From positions 31,310,001 through 31,374,000 of the forward strand of contig NC_092674.1 in NCBI RefSeq assembly GCF_964355755.1: a stretch of 64,000 nt of DNA, written 5' to 3'. The DNA comes from Antedon mediterranea. Its lineage: Eukaryota > Animalia > Echinodermata. The notes under the pieces were generated by a model. That model did not search any database. It had not been told where the DNA came from and saw only the letters and a program-made list of their open reading frames with translations. The number at the start of each line of letters is the position of its first letter. Within the stretch, counting starts at the first letter, position 1. Shown in pieces: positions 14,301 to 25,632 of the stretch. Position numbers and translations under genes: made by a program.

Positions 14301-17300
14301 ACGATGGTCAATTTGAGTCGCACATTACTCTCTTGAAGCTCTGTACAAAGGAAATGAGAACCACATAAGAAATGGCTAAACTTAAATGGTTAAACTTAAA
14401 TGGCTAAACTAAACTTCCTGGTTACTGTTCATGGTAACATTTATACATTAAGGATTTCCTCCATGGTTTGTAACCCGTCTACCTCATATCCTGTATTATA
14501 CTACCAATTTATTGTGTCAAATATGACTGGACACCAACTAAAATCTGGATACTCCATATAAGAAAGAGGAACTAATTTATGGGGAATTATACTAACATGC
14601 TGTGTTTTGCAGTTTTAAGTAGCTCTTGGACTTTGGATGATGCAGTACAGCTATTATAGGATAATGTACCGTTTGGAGATGTTATGGAATTTTATCTCAA
14701 ATTTGAGATCAACATTATAAAACTGTAATATATTTATAAAGAAGTATTAATAGAATCATTTATGTACATAATGCCTCAATATTATAAACTTTAAGATTAC
14801 AATTTGCATATGACCTTTATGAGTCATCACAGGTCATGTATAATATCCCTAAGGCATAATACTGAAGAGTGTGGTTGGTGGAGGTCACTCAAGCATAACA
14901 ATTCCCTTTTGTGTCAATGCCCACAATTGTATTAATGAATCATATGAAAGGTATAAAAATAATACTATTCAAACTAATTCAATTTGATGACTTATAATTA
15001 AATATATTAATTGTGGAATAAAGTCAATTTTCTAAATGTTTCAATGTATTTGTAATCACAAAATATTATGTGAATGAAAATGTGCTTCAGTTCAATTTTT
15101 CAATACGACATTGCACTACATTTAATTGGCATTCAAAAGGGAAAGCTTTTGGTGAAATTCAAGTGCAATTAATATTCAAAAAAGAAAATGTTTAATGTCT
15201 ACTATAAGTCAAACAAAGGATTTGAATACAGTGCCATTTAATCTGAAATAAAAACTACTGTAATCAAGTTGTAATTTAAAACTGGTAAATTAAACAAATT
15301 CTTTCAATTTCTGAATTTTGCCATGACTAAGATTTGTTACTTTAAAGTAAAATAATCTAAACAATAATGATATCAATCTCTTCATAAACAAATAAAAATT
15401 GTTTCCTTTCAACAAACAGCCTTTCAAAACTCTTTTACTCCTCATGTAATGAAAAATACCTTACTCACTGAGGTGTGACTGAGATTGGTTAGAATATATC
15501 TTGATTTCATAGCTGATAAGGGTGAAGTAATTTAGGTTGAATCAGTTAAATATTAAGAAATTTAAAACAATAACGTTAGGTCCAAACTTGGTCTGCAGTA
15601 TTTTCTAAATAGATAATAATGTATTGCTAGAACTACTGTAGTGCCATTAAATTGTACTCCTTCTGCAGCTGGAAAGTTTCTACTTCTGCCACTGAGATGT
15701 TTCTACTTCACGCCGCTGGGCAGTTTCTACTTCTGCCACTGAGAAGTTTCTACTTCACGCCGCTGGAAAGTTTCTACTTCTGCCACTGAGAAGTTTCTAC
15801 TTCACGCCGCTGGGCAGTTTCTACTTCCGCCACTGAGAAGTTTCTACTTCACGCCGCTGGGCAGTTTCTACTTCCGCCACTGAGAAGTTTCTACTTCACG
15901 CCGCTGGGCAGTTTCTACTTCTGCCACTGAGAAGTTTCTATTTCACGCCGCTGGGCAGTTTCTACTTCTGCCACTGAGCAGTTTCTACTTCCCACCACTG
16001 GGCAGTTTCTACTTCTGCCACTGAGAAGTTTCTACTTCTGCCACTGAGCAGTTTCTACTTCCCACCACTGGGCAGTTTCTACTTCTGCCACTGAGAAGTT
16101 TCTACTTCTGCCACTGAGAAGTTTCTACTTCTGCCACTGGGCAGTTTCTACTTCTGCCACTGGGCAGTTTCTACTTCCCGCCACTGAGCAGTTTCTACTT
16201 CCCGCCACTGGGCAGTTTCTACTTCTGCCACTAACCATGTGTCTTGGTGCAGATTTCCACTCCAGGTAAGTCGTGTCTTGCTGGTGAGCTTTCAAACTGT
16301 GTGTTGAAGAGTGTGTCCATCATGGTGGATTTACCAAGGCCAGTTTCTCCTGTAAGTGATATGGTTCAATATTGTTAAATCATTATTTTGGTAAATTACT
16401 AGATTAAAAACATGAAGTATTCAATTTTGTAGTTAGTAAGTGTATCATTTTTTTCATTTTATTTCATTGTAATTGTTTTATTATCTACTTAATTAAGGTC
16501 TTTTTACATTTGTTTTGTTGGTGTTTTCTTTTAAGCACGGCCTTACTGAAAAACAACTTTCAGTTAAGTATCCATGAATTATTATTATTGTATGTTACAG
16601 TATTTGAAGATACAGTAATACCTCCATTTAAACACTTATACTAAACGCGGTCTTCTTCATTTTAAGATACAGTAATACCTCCATTTAAACACTTATACTA
16701 AACGCGGTCTTCTTCATTATAAGGATAATAAAACATAGCTGTGGAGAGCGACTACCGATCATCATTGAGACAGTTTCAAGCCAAAACTTGTTCTTTTTGG
16801 AAGAAGTGCAATGAACAATTATCGTTGTAATGGCGCTATACAAAATAGAATGATTGATTGATGGCATTTGGTTTATTGATGTGTTGTTTGATGGATACAT
16901 ACCAATACATAGAATGTTAAAACAAAAGCCCTGGGCAACTGATTTGTTGACTAACTGATCTGGAAGGCTGTCGAAACCAACATGGCCAGACAGATGTAGG
17001 TTACGGTCATCTTTTGGCTTCGGGGCTAATGGAGGTGGTGCCTATAAAACAATTTGATTTTAACAAATTTATTGTAAAAAAATAATGTCACATGTAAATA
17101 AAACTCGCTGTTTTATTGAGCTTTCTTTAATAAATGATTTACATAAATAAACAGCCTGCATAAAAATAACTTTTAAAAATTAGGAAAAGCACAACACAAC
17201 AGTACTAAGCTTAGCTAGCCGATAAGTAAATAGGCTATATATTATTATTAATTCTTGAAATAAAAATAATCAAAATCAACTTTTCATCATCTCCCTCCCA

Positions 17301-17787
17301 ATCCTATCTAGGCCTATATACTGTCTGTACATAACCTCAATTATGTTTTGTATTTTGTAGGCCTACTACTACTACTAGGCCTAGCTACCTAGTCTAGAGT
17401 CGCACATACATGGGTCAGGGTCTGGTCACATTTATTCAGCTGGCCTTCCTAATTTTACGATCAGAGTAAAATATTAATGCAACGTAAGGAAACCTAGCCC
17501 TCCTCTACCAATACAATCAACCAAGGTCGGGCATCAGATAGCAGGCGCCCACACACCGCAAACCCACAACCAACACACGATGTGTTCCTGTCATTTTTTA
17601 GGCCTAGCCGATGGCAATTTATTTGCTTGTTTATTAAGTATATATTAACATTAAAACAGCAAAAAGTAACTTATATAATTAATGGGTTATAAATTATAAG
17701 GTAGTAGTCAAATAATAAAATATTGGGATGATAAATGACCTTTTTTACCTCCTTTTTCGGTTCTTCTTGTGCCTGTTCCAGTGTCAT
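11343..17787 (-). CDS. Septin, SEPT6/8/10/11 (Drosophila Sep2) group, complete, 10 coding exons
   Basis: Exons 17749-17787, 16903-17041, 16236-16349, 14259-14340, 13737-13995, 13351-13440, 13164-13260, 12545-12713, 11755-11887, 11343-11513. Motifs [26 protein letters not shown] (P-loop), [34 protein letters not shown] and a C-terminal coiled coil. Confidence 0.96.
12114..12249. repeat. 34-bp minisatellite x4 in a septin intron
   Basis: Unit tatggcagaccatattttactcgccatgaaggcc; identical copies. Confidence 0.95.
12378..12536. mobile_element. MITE family 1, near full-length copy (~160 bp)
   Basis: Family TIR (ag)ctctgtctacactatcaaact / agtttgatagtgtagacagagct, with a degenerate left TIR here and TAA at the right end; resembles Harbinger/Tourist termini. 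Other copies at 6740, 8812, ~40000, 42535, 47499 and 54869. Confidence 0.75.
12865..12981 (-). mobile_element. 5'-truncated non-LTR retroelement 3' end with 17-bp TSD
   Basis: Flanked by direct repeats agaaaacgcacatggtt (12848-12864 and 12982-12998). Minus strand ends with aataaaaac followed by a (ttgaac)n tail. Confidence 0.75.
15667..16232. repeat. 23/24-bp minisatellite, ~24 units, septin intron 3
   Basis: Units agtttctacttctgccactgaga and agtttctacttcacgccgctgggc alternate as a 47-bp dimer in the left part; the array abuts the splice donor at 16235. Confidence 0.95.
16607..16718. repeat. ~57-bp tandem duplication
   Basis: aagatacagtaatacctccatttaaacacttatactaaacgcggtcttcttcatt occurs twice. 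Confidence 0.9.
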
Positions 17788-18039
17788 CTTTATCCGTATT
17801 GTATTTCTTTGACCGCTCCCTGCTGAAAACAACGCCCTCAATCAGAGCCAATGTTTGGTGGGAGCATAGAGGGCAGTATTATAGAAAAGTAAGATGAATT
17901 TTGTCCATTTAATAAAATCTCTATAATATCAAAGATAGTGACACTATCTTTGATAATATCTTCAATATGGTCCTCAGCTGTCGCTATCTAAATGTTGTGT
18001 CCTTAATTTATAATAGATTGATTGAATTCAATTTTTTTT

Positions 18040-21000
18040 AATTGTTTGTTTCAAATGCTTAAATATGTAATTAAAAGAACATGTTCGATATCCAGTTCAG
18101 ATGAATATTCATAAAACAGACTGTTTGGCATCAAAACAGAAATAAAAATTGCTTATTTTAATTTACATTTTTTTACAGGTACATTAGAAACTAATTATGC
18201 ACACTAATTATACTTATTCATTGTTTTTCTTCTGTGTTATGTAAATTAATTATTGCAATCGAATTTTTATAATAATATTTTTAGAAATTGTTAAATACGG
18301 TATATATAATTACGGCAACTATAAAACACATGTTCGATTCATTGTGCATAATTTGTACATGTTTAACAATAGTTTTTAAGTTGGGGTATTTAAGGGAAGA
18401 CATAAATGTGTAATCATTAGTCGAAGTAAATCCACAAGGTTGTGTTCAATAAGTTGGCAGCAATCATCACAAAATCAGGTAAATATACTGCGTCAAATAT
18501 AGGCCTACTGCGTCAATATACTGCGTCAAATATACTGCGTCAAATATACCGCGTCAAATATTCACTTTATGGATTCTTCTTGCCAACCAATAGATTTTTT
18601 GTTGAATTTAACCATTTATTATGTTATTTTATAAGTGAAAACATTATTTTTCTCATTTTTTTTTCTGCAAGTGTTTAACCTAACTATTCAAAATCTGATT
18701 TAATTAATATTCATTTTTCATATTTTTGGGAGACATTACATCTTTAAACTCAACATTGATGCGAGTGTCTAGTGCTCGAGAATTGTATAACATGACTTAC
18801 CATATTGTTGTTGTAACAAATGGCTGACTTGCAATATATCCGGGCAACTCATCTTGTCTCAGAAATTGATGACCAGAACACGATCGAAGTATCCACCCTT
18901 TGCGTTTAATTAAAAGAGCATTTTATTGGTCCTCGAGTATGTTGAAATTTGAATACATTTGAATAATAGTATATTGTTATTGTTATGTATTTCTAACTGA
19001 ATGTATTTTTATCTTTGAGATTTAATTTATATTATGTAGTTTGAATAAAATGAATTGAAATATTTTATCTTACAGTATGGTCTTGTTAAAATTACTGTTT
19101 GTTCTACTTATCATCGGTATCATTTCAAATGAGGCTCGTGGATGGTCAATCGGTCCTGACAAAGGCGATGAAGAAACTCCCGATGAAGGCGATCGAAGCC
19201 CATTCGGCGATGCAATCCCAGAAGGTCAAGGACCCAACAGCGGCGAATACATCTTCGACATCGCCGACCAAAGACGCCACGAACGCCCCGACGGCGAAGG
19301 AGAAAGTCCAGACGATGGCGATAGAGAAAGTCCCAACGAAGGCGGTAGAGGAAGTCCCGACGAAGGCGATAGAGGAAGTCCAGTCGGCGATGCAATCCAA
19401 GAAGGTGAAGGACTAAAAAGCAACGAATCAATCTTCGTCGAGCAAGGACGCCCTGGCGGCGAAGGAGGAAGTCCCGACGAAGGCGATGGAGATAGTCCTG
19501 ACGAAGGCGATAGAGAAATTCCCGACAAAGGCGATAGAGAAAGTCCTGACGAAGGCGATAGAGGAAGTCCTGACGAAGGCGATAGAGAAAGTCACGACGA
19601 AGATGCTAGAGAAATTCCCGACGAAGGCGATAGAGAAAGTCCCGACGAAGGTGATAGAGGAAGTCCTGACGAAGGCGATAGAGGAAGTCCCGACGAAGAC
19701 GATAGAGGAAGTCCCGACGAAGGCGATATAGAAAGTCCCAACGAAGTTGATAGACAAAGTCCCGACGAAGGCGATAGAGAAATTCCCGACGAAGGCAATG
19801 GAAGCCCAGTCGTCGGCAATGCAATCCAAGAAGGTGAAGGACTCAACAGCAACGAATCAATCGCCGTCGACCAAAGACGCCCCGGCGGCCAAGGACGCCC
19901 CGGCGGCGAAAGAGGAAGTCTCGACGAAGGCGATAGAGAAAGTCCAGACCAAGGCGATAGAGGAAATCCCGACGAAGGCAATGGAAGCCCAGTCGTCGGC
20001 AATGCAATCCAAGAAGGTGAAGGACTCAACAGCAACGAATCAATCGCCGTCGACCAAAGACGCCCCGGCCGCCAAGGCGGCGAAAGAGGAAGTTTCGACG
20101 AAAGCGATAGAGAAAGTCCCGACCAAGGCGATAGAGGAAATCCCGACGAAGGCGATAGAGGAAGTCACAACGAAGGCGATAGAGAAAGTCACGACGAAGC
20201 CGATAGAGAAAGTCCCGACGAAGGCGATAGAGAAAGTCCTGACGAAGGTGATAGAGGAAGTCTCGACGAAGGCGATAGGGGAAGTCCCGACGAAGGCGGT
20301 GGAGGAGGTCCCGACGAAGGCGATATAGAAAGTCCCAACGAAGGTGATAGAAAAAGTCCCGACGAAGGCGATATAGAAATTCCCGACGAAGGCAATGGAA
20401 GCCCAGTCGTCGGCAATGCAATCCAAGAAGGTGAAGGACTCAACAGCAACGAATCAATCGCCGTCGACCAAAGACGCCCCGGCCGCCAAGGACGCCCCGG
20501 CGGCGAAATAGGAAGTCTCGACGAAGGCGATAGAGAAAGTCCCGACCAAGGCGATAGAGGAAATCCCGACGAAGGCGATAGAGAAAGTCACGACGAAGGC
20601 GATAGAGAAAGTCACGACGAAGGCGATAGAAAAAGTCACGACGAAGGCGATAGAGAAAGTCGCGAAGAAGGCGATAGAGAAAGTCCTGACGAAGGCGATA
20701 GAGGAAGTCCCGACGAAGGCGATAGAGGAAGTCCCGACGAAGGCGGTGGAGGAGGTCCCGACGAAGGCGATAAAGATAGTCCCGTCGAAGGCGATAGAGA
20801 TAGTCTCGACGAAGGCGAAGAAGGCTATTCCTCATTTATTTTCCATATGGATGGATGATATTAATAGAAATGTTATAGTGATAACTAATAAATTTTATAT
20901 GGAGAATTTTGTTGTTGATGTGATTTAGCGAGTTTCTAATGGCCCGTTTATTATGGTTGTATACCCAAGGTTCGCAGGGGCGCAATCTCCAGTGGCCGTA

Positions 21001-22020
21001 TTCACTATTCACACGTAGGCTAATAGGCCTAAGGGAAACGCCTACAATCAAAATTAAACAAGAAATATTTCTTACAAAAAACGCCGCTCACTTGTTGACG
21101 TAACAAGATATCTTGTCCCCCCGATATTCTTCTTTTTTTCAAATTTGCTTTTGAATGTGTCATTTTAATGTCACATAATAGTTATTCACGTTAACAAAAA
21201 ACTGGATAAAAAAATATTTACCTGAAAAAATACTTAAATTGTCTGTCAGAAAATGGATTTTGGTTAAAACGTTAAAGGTTTCTTTTTACAGAAATGAAAC
21301 TATTGTATTTTAAGTAAATACAACAAGAATTCACAGCAAAAACAGCAATGTTTTCATAGACTCTCTTCTCCCAGACGTGCTTTGGGGTTTGTTATTTAAG
21401 CATGACCCGTCCTAGTTTACAAAATCCCAAAACAGTCTCTAGAACTATTAGCTTTCGTTCGATATAGCTTCTGAATGAGTAGTCCTCTGGGGATATATAG
21501 CTGGCTAAAGCCGCGGCGCGAAAAATCTCCTATCTATACAATTTAAGGGAAATACTTAAATTGAGTTAATAATTTATTGACTTGAGTAAAATACTATTTA
21601 AGGGAAATCTCATTTAGGTAAGTGTGATTTTTGAATACGACCACTTTCGTTTCGTTGCTCTTACCGTCTTCCGTGCGTTACGTCCTAGTGGGAACCAAGC
21701 TTTAATTTTGGGAGTCATTATTCAACTCATGACTATAATATAATATCGAAGCCTGTTTCGTCTGGATCAGTTGTAATAGTAAGTAATTTGTTTAAAAAGA
21801 TTTAATCGTACACTTTTTTTTTATCAATTTAAGAGGTGTCACAAGTTAACGAGAGCGCTACATTGATCTCATTGCATGATATCACGTGGTCTGTTCACGC
21901 TTAATTTACAAAGATATCCAACAGACCAATATATACACATACAGTATTAATATTATAATAGACCTGTAATTTATATAGACTGCTGTAACTTGTTTTACCT
22001 GTACAAAACGAAGAATATAG
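18040..22020 (+). repeat. Segmental duplication copy A (paralogous to ~33850-37620)
   Basis: Colinear shared blocks: 18130/33891, gtatttaaggga 18386/34216, aaatcag|gta 18478/34306, ctttgcgtttaattaaaa ~18898/35465, tacagtATGgtcttgttaaaattac, 3' UTR 20849/36863, shared MITE end 21675/37144, and 21834-22015/37424-37620. Confidence 0.85.
19077..20858 (+). CDS. Secreted acidic (D/E/G/R/S/P-rich) tandem-repeat protein, 593 aa, single coding exon
   Basis: Hydrophobic signal peptide MVLLKLLFVLLIIGIISNEARG. Splice acceptor tacag immediately precedes t-ATG. 8-aa SPDEGDR(G/E) repeats plus a longer GSPVVGNAIQEGEGLNSNESIAVDQRRPG unit; frame stays open over 1.8 kb of variable repeats; paralog at 35951. 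Confidence 0.85.
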   Translation: MVLLKLLFVLLIIGIISNEARGWSIGPDKGDEETPDEGDRSPFGDAIPEGQGPNSGEYIFDIADQRRHERPDGEGESPDDGDRESPNEGGRGSPDEGDRGSPVGDAIQEGEGLKSNESIFVEQGRPGGEGGSPDEGDGDSPDEGDREIPDKGDRESPDEGDRGSPDEGDRESHDEDAREIPDEGDRESPDEGDRGSPDEGDRGSPDEDDRGSPDEGDIESPNEVDRQSPDEGDREIPDEGNGSPVVGNAIQEGEGLNSNESIAVDQRRPGGQGRPGGERGSLDEGDRESPDQGDRGNPDEGNGSPVVGNAIQEGEGLNSNESIAVDQRRPGRQGGERGSFDESDRESPDQGDRGNPDEGDRGSHNEGDRESHDEADRESPDEGDRESPDEGDRGSLDEGDRGSPDEGGGGGPDEGDIESPNEGDRKSPDEGDIEIPDEGNGSPVVGNAIQEGEGLNSNESIAVDQRRPGRQGRPGGEIGSLDEGDRESPDQGDRGNPDEGDRESHDEGDRESHDEGDRKSHDEGDRESREEGDRESPDEGDRGSPDEGDRGSPDEGGGGGPDEGDKDSPVEGDRDSLDEGEEGYSSFIFHMDG

Positions 22021-22051
22021 ACCCACCATTGAGGTAACATTTTTTACCTCC

Positions 22052-22506
22052 ATGAACCCATGGAGTACTCTCCATGATATACCTCTATATATAGACTGCT
22101 GTACCTCCTACATGTTTAACATGGACCCATGGAGTACTCTCCATGATATACCTCTATATATAGACTGCTGTACCTACATGTTTAACATGGACCCATGGAG
22201 TACTCTCCATGATATACCTCTATATATAGACTGCTGTACCTACATGTTTAACATGGACCCATGGAGTACTCTCCATGATATACCTCTATATATAGACTGC
22301 TGTACCTCCTACATGTTTAACATGGACCCATGGAGTACTCTCCATGATATACCTCTATATATAGACTGCTGTACCTCCTACATGTTTAACATGGACCCAT
22401 GGAGTACTCTCCATGATATACCTCTATATATAGACTGCTGTACCTCCTACAGTCATGTTTAACATGGACCCATGGAGTACTCTCCATGATATACCTCTAT
22501 ATATAG
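22052..22506. repeat. 66/69-bp satellite, segment 1 (~7 units)
   Basis: Unit atgtttaacatggacccatggagtactctccatgatatacctctatatatagactgctgtacc(tcc)tac. Confidence 0.97.
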
Positions 22507-23579
22507 CAGGGCCGTAGCCAGGATCTGTCAAGGGGGGTTCGCACACTAAGTATTTGGGTCACCCCCACCCCCATACCTACCCCCCCCCCTGGGGTGGGGC
22601 CTGAGGCGAAGCAAATTTTGTTAAATGACACCCCTAGATGGCCAGAAAAGACACTCTCATGCAGCATGCTACCAATGAGCAAAACGATCGTACTTGGACT
22701 CGTGGACTATTTAAACGATAACATTTGTTGCCGTATGTTAGATGCGCGTGCTCTGTGCGGAACCGCCGATTGTTTGATCATTTACTCGATATTTTGTTTT
22801 GCGTTCAAGTTCAATGCGAACATACGTCTAAGAGAAGCCCCAAAAAAAGCACACTGGGTGAAGGCAAATGCAATTCTTATTATAGCTCTATCTATAATAT
22901 TTATTTACAGCAATTTGTTGAGGAAATTAAATATGCCAATGTAAATAGGTGATATTGATACATTTGAGTACGTATCGGCTGGTGGTCTAGAAAAAAATAA
23001 TCGGATGCCATAATGTGAACTACAGTACATGATACCATAGATATTATGTGTAAAATATTAATATTCACTATAATCCTCTATGATACATTATACTTCATAG
23101 CCACACATAAATACTGATGTATGTCGGAAGGCTATATACTTTATGCATGCTGCCTGACTGCCAGTGATCTAAACAATTGGTACGCAGTTGTCTGGCGGTG
23201 TCCTTTGTACGAATCGTTCGTCCCCCAGCTCGCTGTGTGAGACGCGTCAATATCATGTTACATGCAGGGACCAAACATTTATTTTTCAGGTTAAAATCGG
23301 CAATTCATTTGCAACTCTTTACAGACTATATCGCTCGATGTACGCTCATACAGGGAAGAAGGTACTGTATGAGTTATTCCGAACGAGTTTACGAAATTTT
23401 TTAATTTACGAACAACTTTTTGTACTGTGGGGCACGTATTTGGACGATTTTCGGAGATGAGGGTGCGGTATTGGGCATATCGGGGATGGGGGTTCGCAGT
23501 CGGTTAAGGGGGTTCGCTGTAAAGGGAGGGTTCGCCCGAACCATAAACCCCCCCCCCCCCCCCCCTGGCTACGGGCCTG
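22507..23579. mobile_element. Non-autonomous hAT-like DNA transposon (1073 bp) inserted in the satellite
   Basis: 16-bp TIRs cagggccgtagccagg / cctggctacgggcctg (1 mismatch). Subterminal gggggttcgc repeats at both ends. 5-bp TSD tatag (22502-22506, 23580-23584). No transposase ORF. Confidence 0.88.
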
Positions 23580-25347
23580 TATAGACTGCTGTACCTCCTA
23601 CATGTTTAACATGGACCCATGGAGTACTCTCCATGATATACCTCTATATATAGACTGCTGTACCTACATGTTTAACATGGACCCATGGAGTACTCTCCAT
23701 GATATACCTCTATATATAGACTGCTGTACCTCCTACATGTTTAACATGGACCCATGGAGTACTCTCCATGATATACCTCTATATATAGACTGCTGTACCT
23801 ACATGTTTAACATGGACCCTTGGAGTACTCTCCATGATATACCTCTATATATAGACCGCTGTACCTCCTACATGTTTAACATGGACCCATGGAGTACTCA
23901 CCATGATATACCTCTATATATAGACTGCTGTACCTCCTACATGTTTAACATGGACCCATGGAGTACTCTCCATGATATACCTCTATATATAGACTGCTGT
24001 ATCTACATGTTTAACATGGACCCATGGAGTACTCTCCATGATATACCTCTATATATAGACTGCTGTATCTACATGTTTAACATGGACCCATGGAGTACTC
24101 TCCATGATATACCTCTATATATAGACTGCTGTACCTCCTAAATGTTTAACATGGACCCATGGAGTACTCTCCATGATATACCTCTATATATAGACTGCTG
24201 TACCTACATGTTTAACATGGACCCATGGAGTACTCTCCATGATATACCTCTATATATAGACTGCTGTATCTACATGTTTAACATGGACCCATGGAGTACT
24301 CTCCATGATATACCTCTATATATAGACTGCTGTATCTACATGTTTAACATGGATCCATGGAGTACTCTCCATGATATACCTCTATATATAGACTGCTGTA
24401 TCTACATGTTTAACATGGACCCATGGAGTACTCTCCATGATATACCTCTATATATAGACTGCTGTACCTCCTACATGTTTAACATGGACCCATGGAGTAC
24501 TCTCCATGATATACCTCTATATATAGACTGCTGTACCTACATGTTTAACATGGACCCATGGAGTACTCTCCATGATATACCTCTATATATAGACTGCTGT
24601 ACCTACATGTTTAACATGGACCCATGGAGTACTCTCCATGATATACCTCTATATATAGACTGCTGTACCTCCTACATGTTTAACATGGACCCATGGAGTA
24701 CTCTCCATGATATACCTCTATATATAGACTGCTGTACCTCCTACATGTTTAACATGGACCCATGGAGTACTCTCCATGATATACCTCTATATATAGACTG
24801 CTGTACCTCCTACATGTTTAACATGGACCCATGGAGTACTCTCCATGATATACCTCTATATATAGACTGCTGTACCTACATGTTTAACATGGACCCATGG
24901 AGTACTCTCCATGATATACCTCTATATATAGACTGCTGTACCTCCTACATGTTTACCATGGACCCATGGAGTACTCTCCATGATATACCTCTATATATAG
25001 ACTGCTGTACCTCCTACATGTTTACCATGGACCCATGGAGTACTCTCCATGATATACCTCTATATATAGACTGCTGTACCTCCTACATGTTTAACATGGA
25101 CCCATGGAGTACTCTCCATGATATACCTCTATATATAGACTGCTGTACCTCCTACATGTTTAACATGGACCCATGGAGTACTCTCCATGATATACCTCTA
25201 TATATAGACTGCTGTACCTCCTACATGTTTAACATGGACCCATGGAGTACTCTCCATGATATACCTCTATATATAGACTGCTGTACCTACATGTTTAACA
25301 TGGACCCATGGAGTACTCTCCATGATATACCTCTATATATAGACTGC
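23580..25347. repeat. 66/69-bp satellite, segment 2 (~26 units)
   Basis: Same unit, highly homogeneous; variants include tacc/tatc, +/-3 nt and tttacc. Confidence 0.97.
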
Positions 25348-25554
25348 TGTTAAGACAGTGCCATATTCCAAAAAGGGTCATAGCGCCCTCTGTTGTTGGA
25401 TTTTCGTTGTTGTTGAAAATGGCGATTGTATCGTCACAGTAAAGTTTGTTATTGTTTAATAAATGAATGATGTTGTTATAATCAATTCGTGTGTGGTACT
25501 TATTTGCAAGTAAAGATTCAAGTAAACAAACCCAGCAACCTCCCAAACAGAACA
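25348..25554 (+). repeat. 5' LTR
   Basis: tgttaagacag...aaacagaaca; identical to 31571-31777. Confidence 0.97.
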
Positions 25555-25632
25555 TTTGGTCCCTCGAGCCGGATTACTTGAGAAGTAAGTTGTCACATTT
25601 TACTGATATAGCCTAGCCTAGCCTAAACAAGT

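Noticed and set aside
19099-20928. Many overlapping alternative-frame and antisense ORFs (LRRDFLYR, SPSSGL, TKAIEE repeats)
   Set aside because: These are shadows of the 24-bp coding repeat; only the 593-aa frame has a signal peptide and a paralog.
22497-23460. ORFs inside the hAT-like element as a transposase
   Set aside because: They are short and lack BED finger, DDE or dimerisation motifs.
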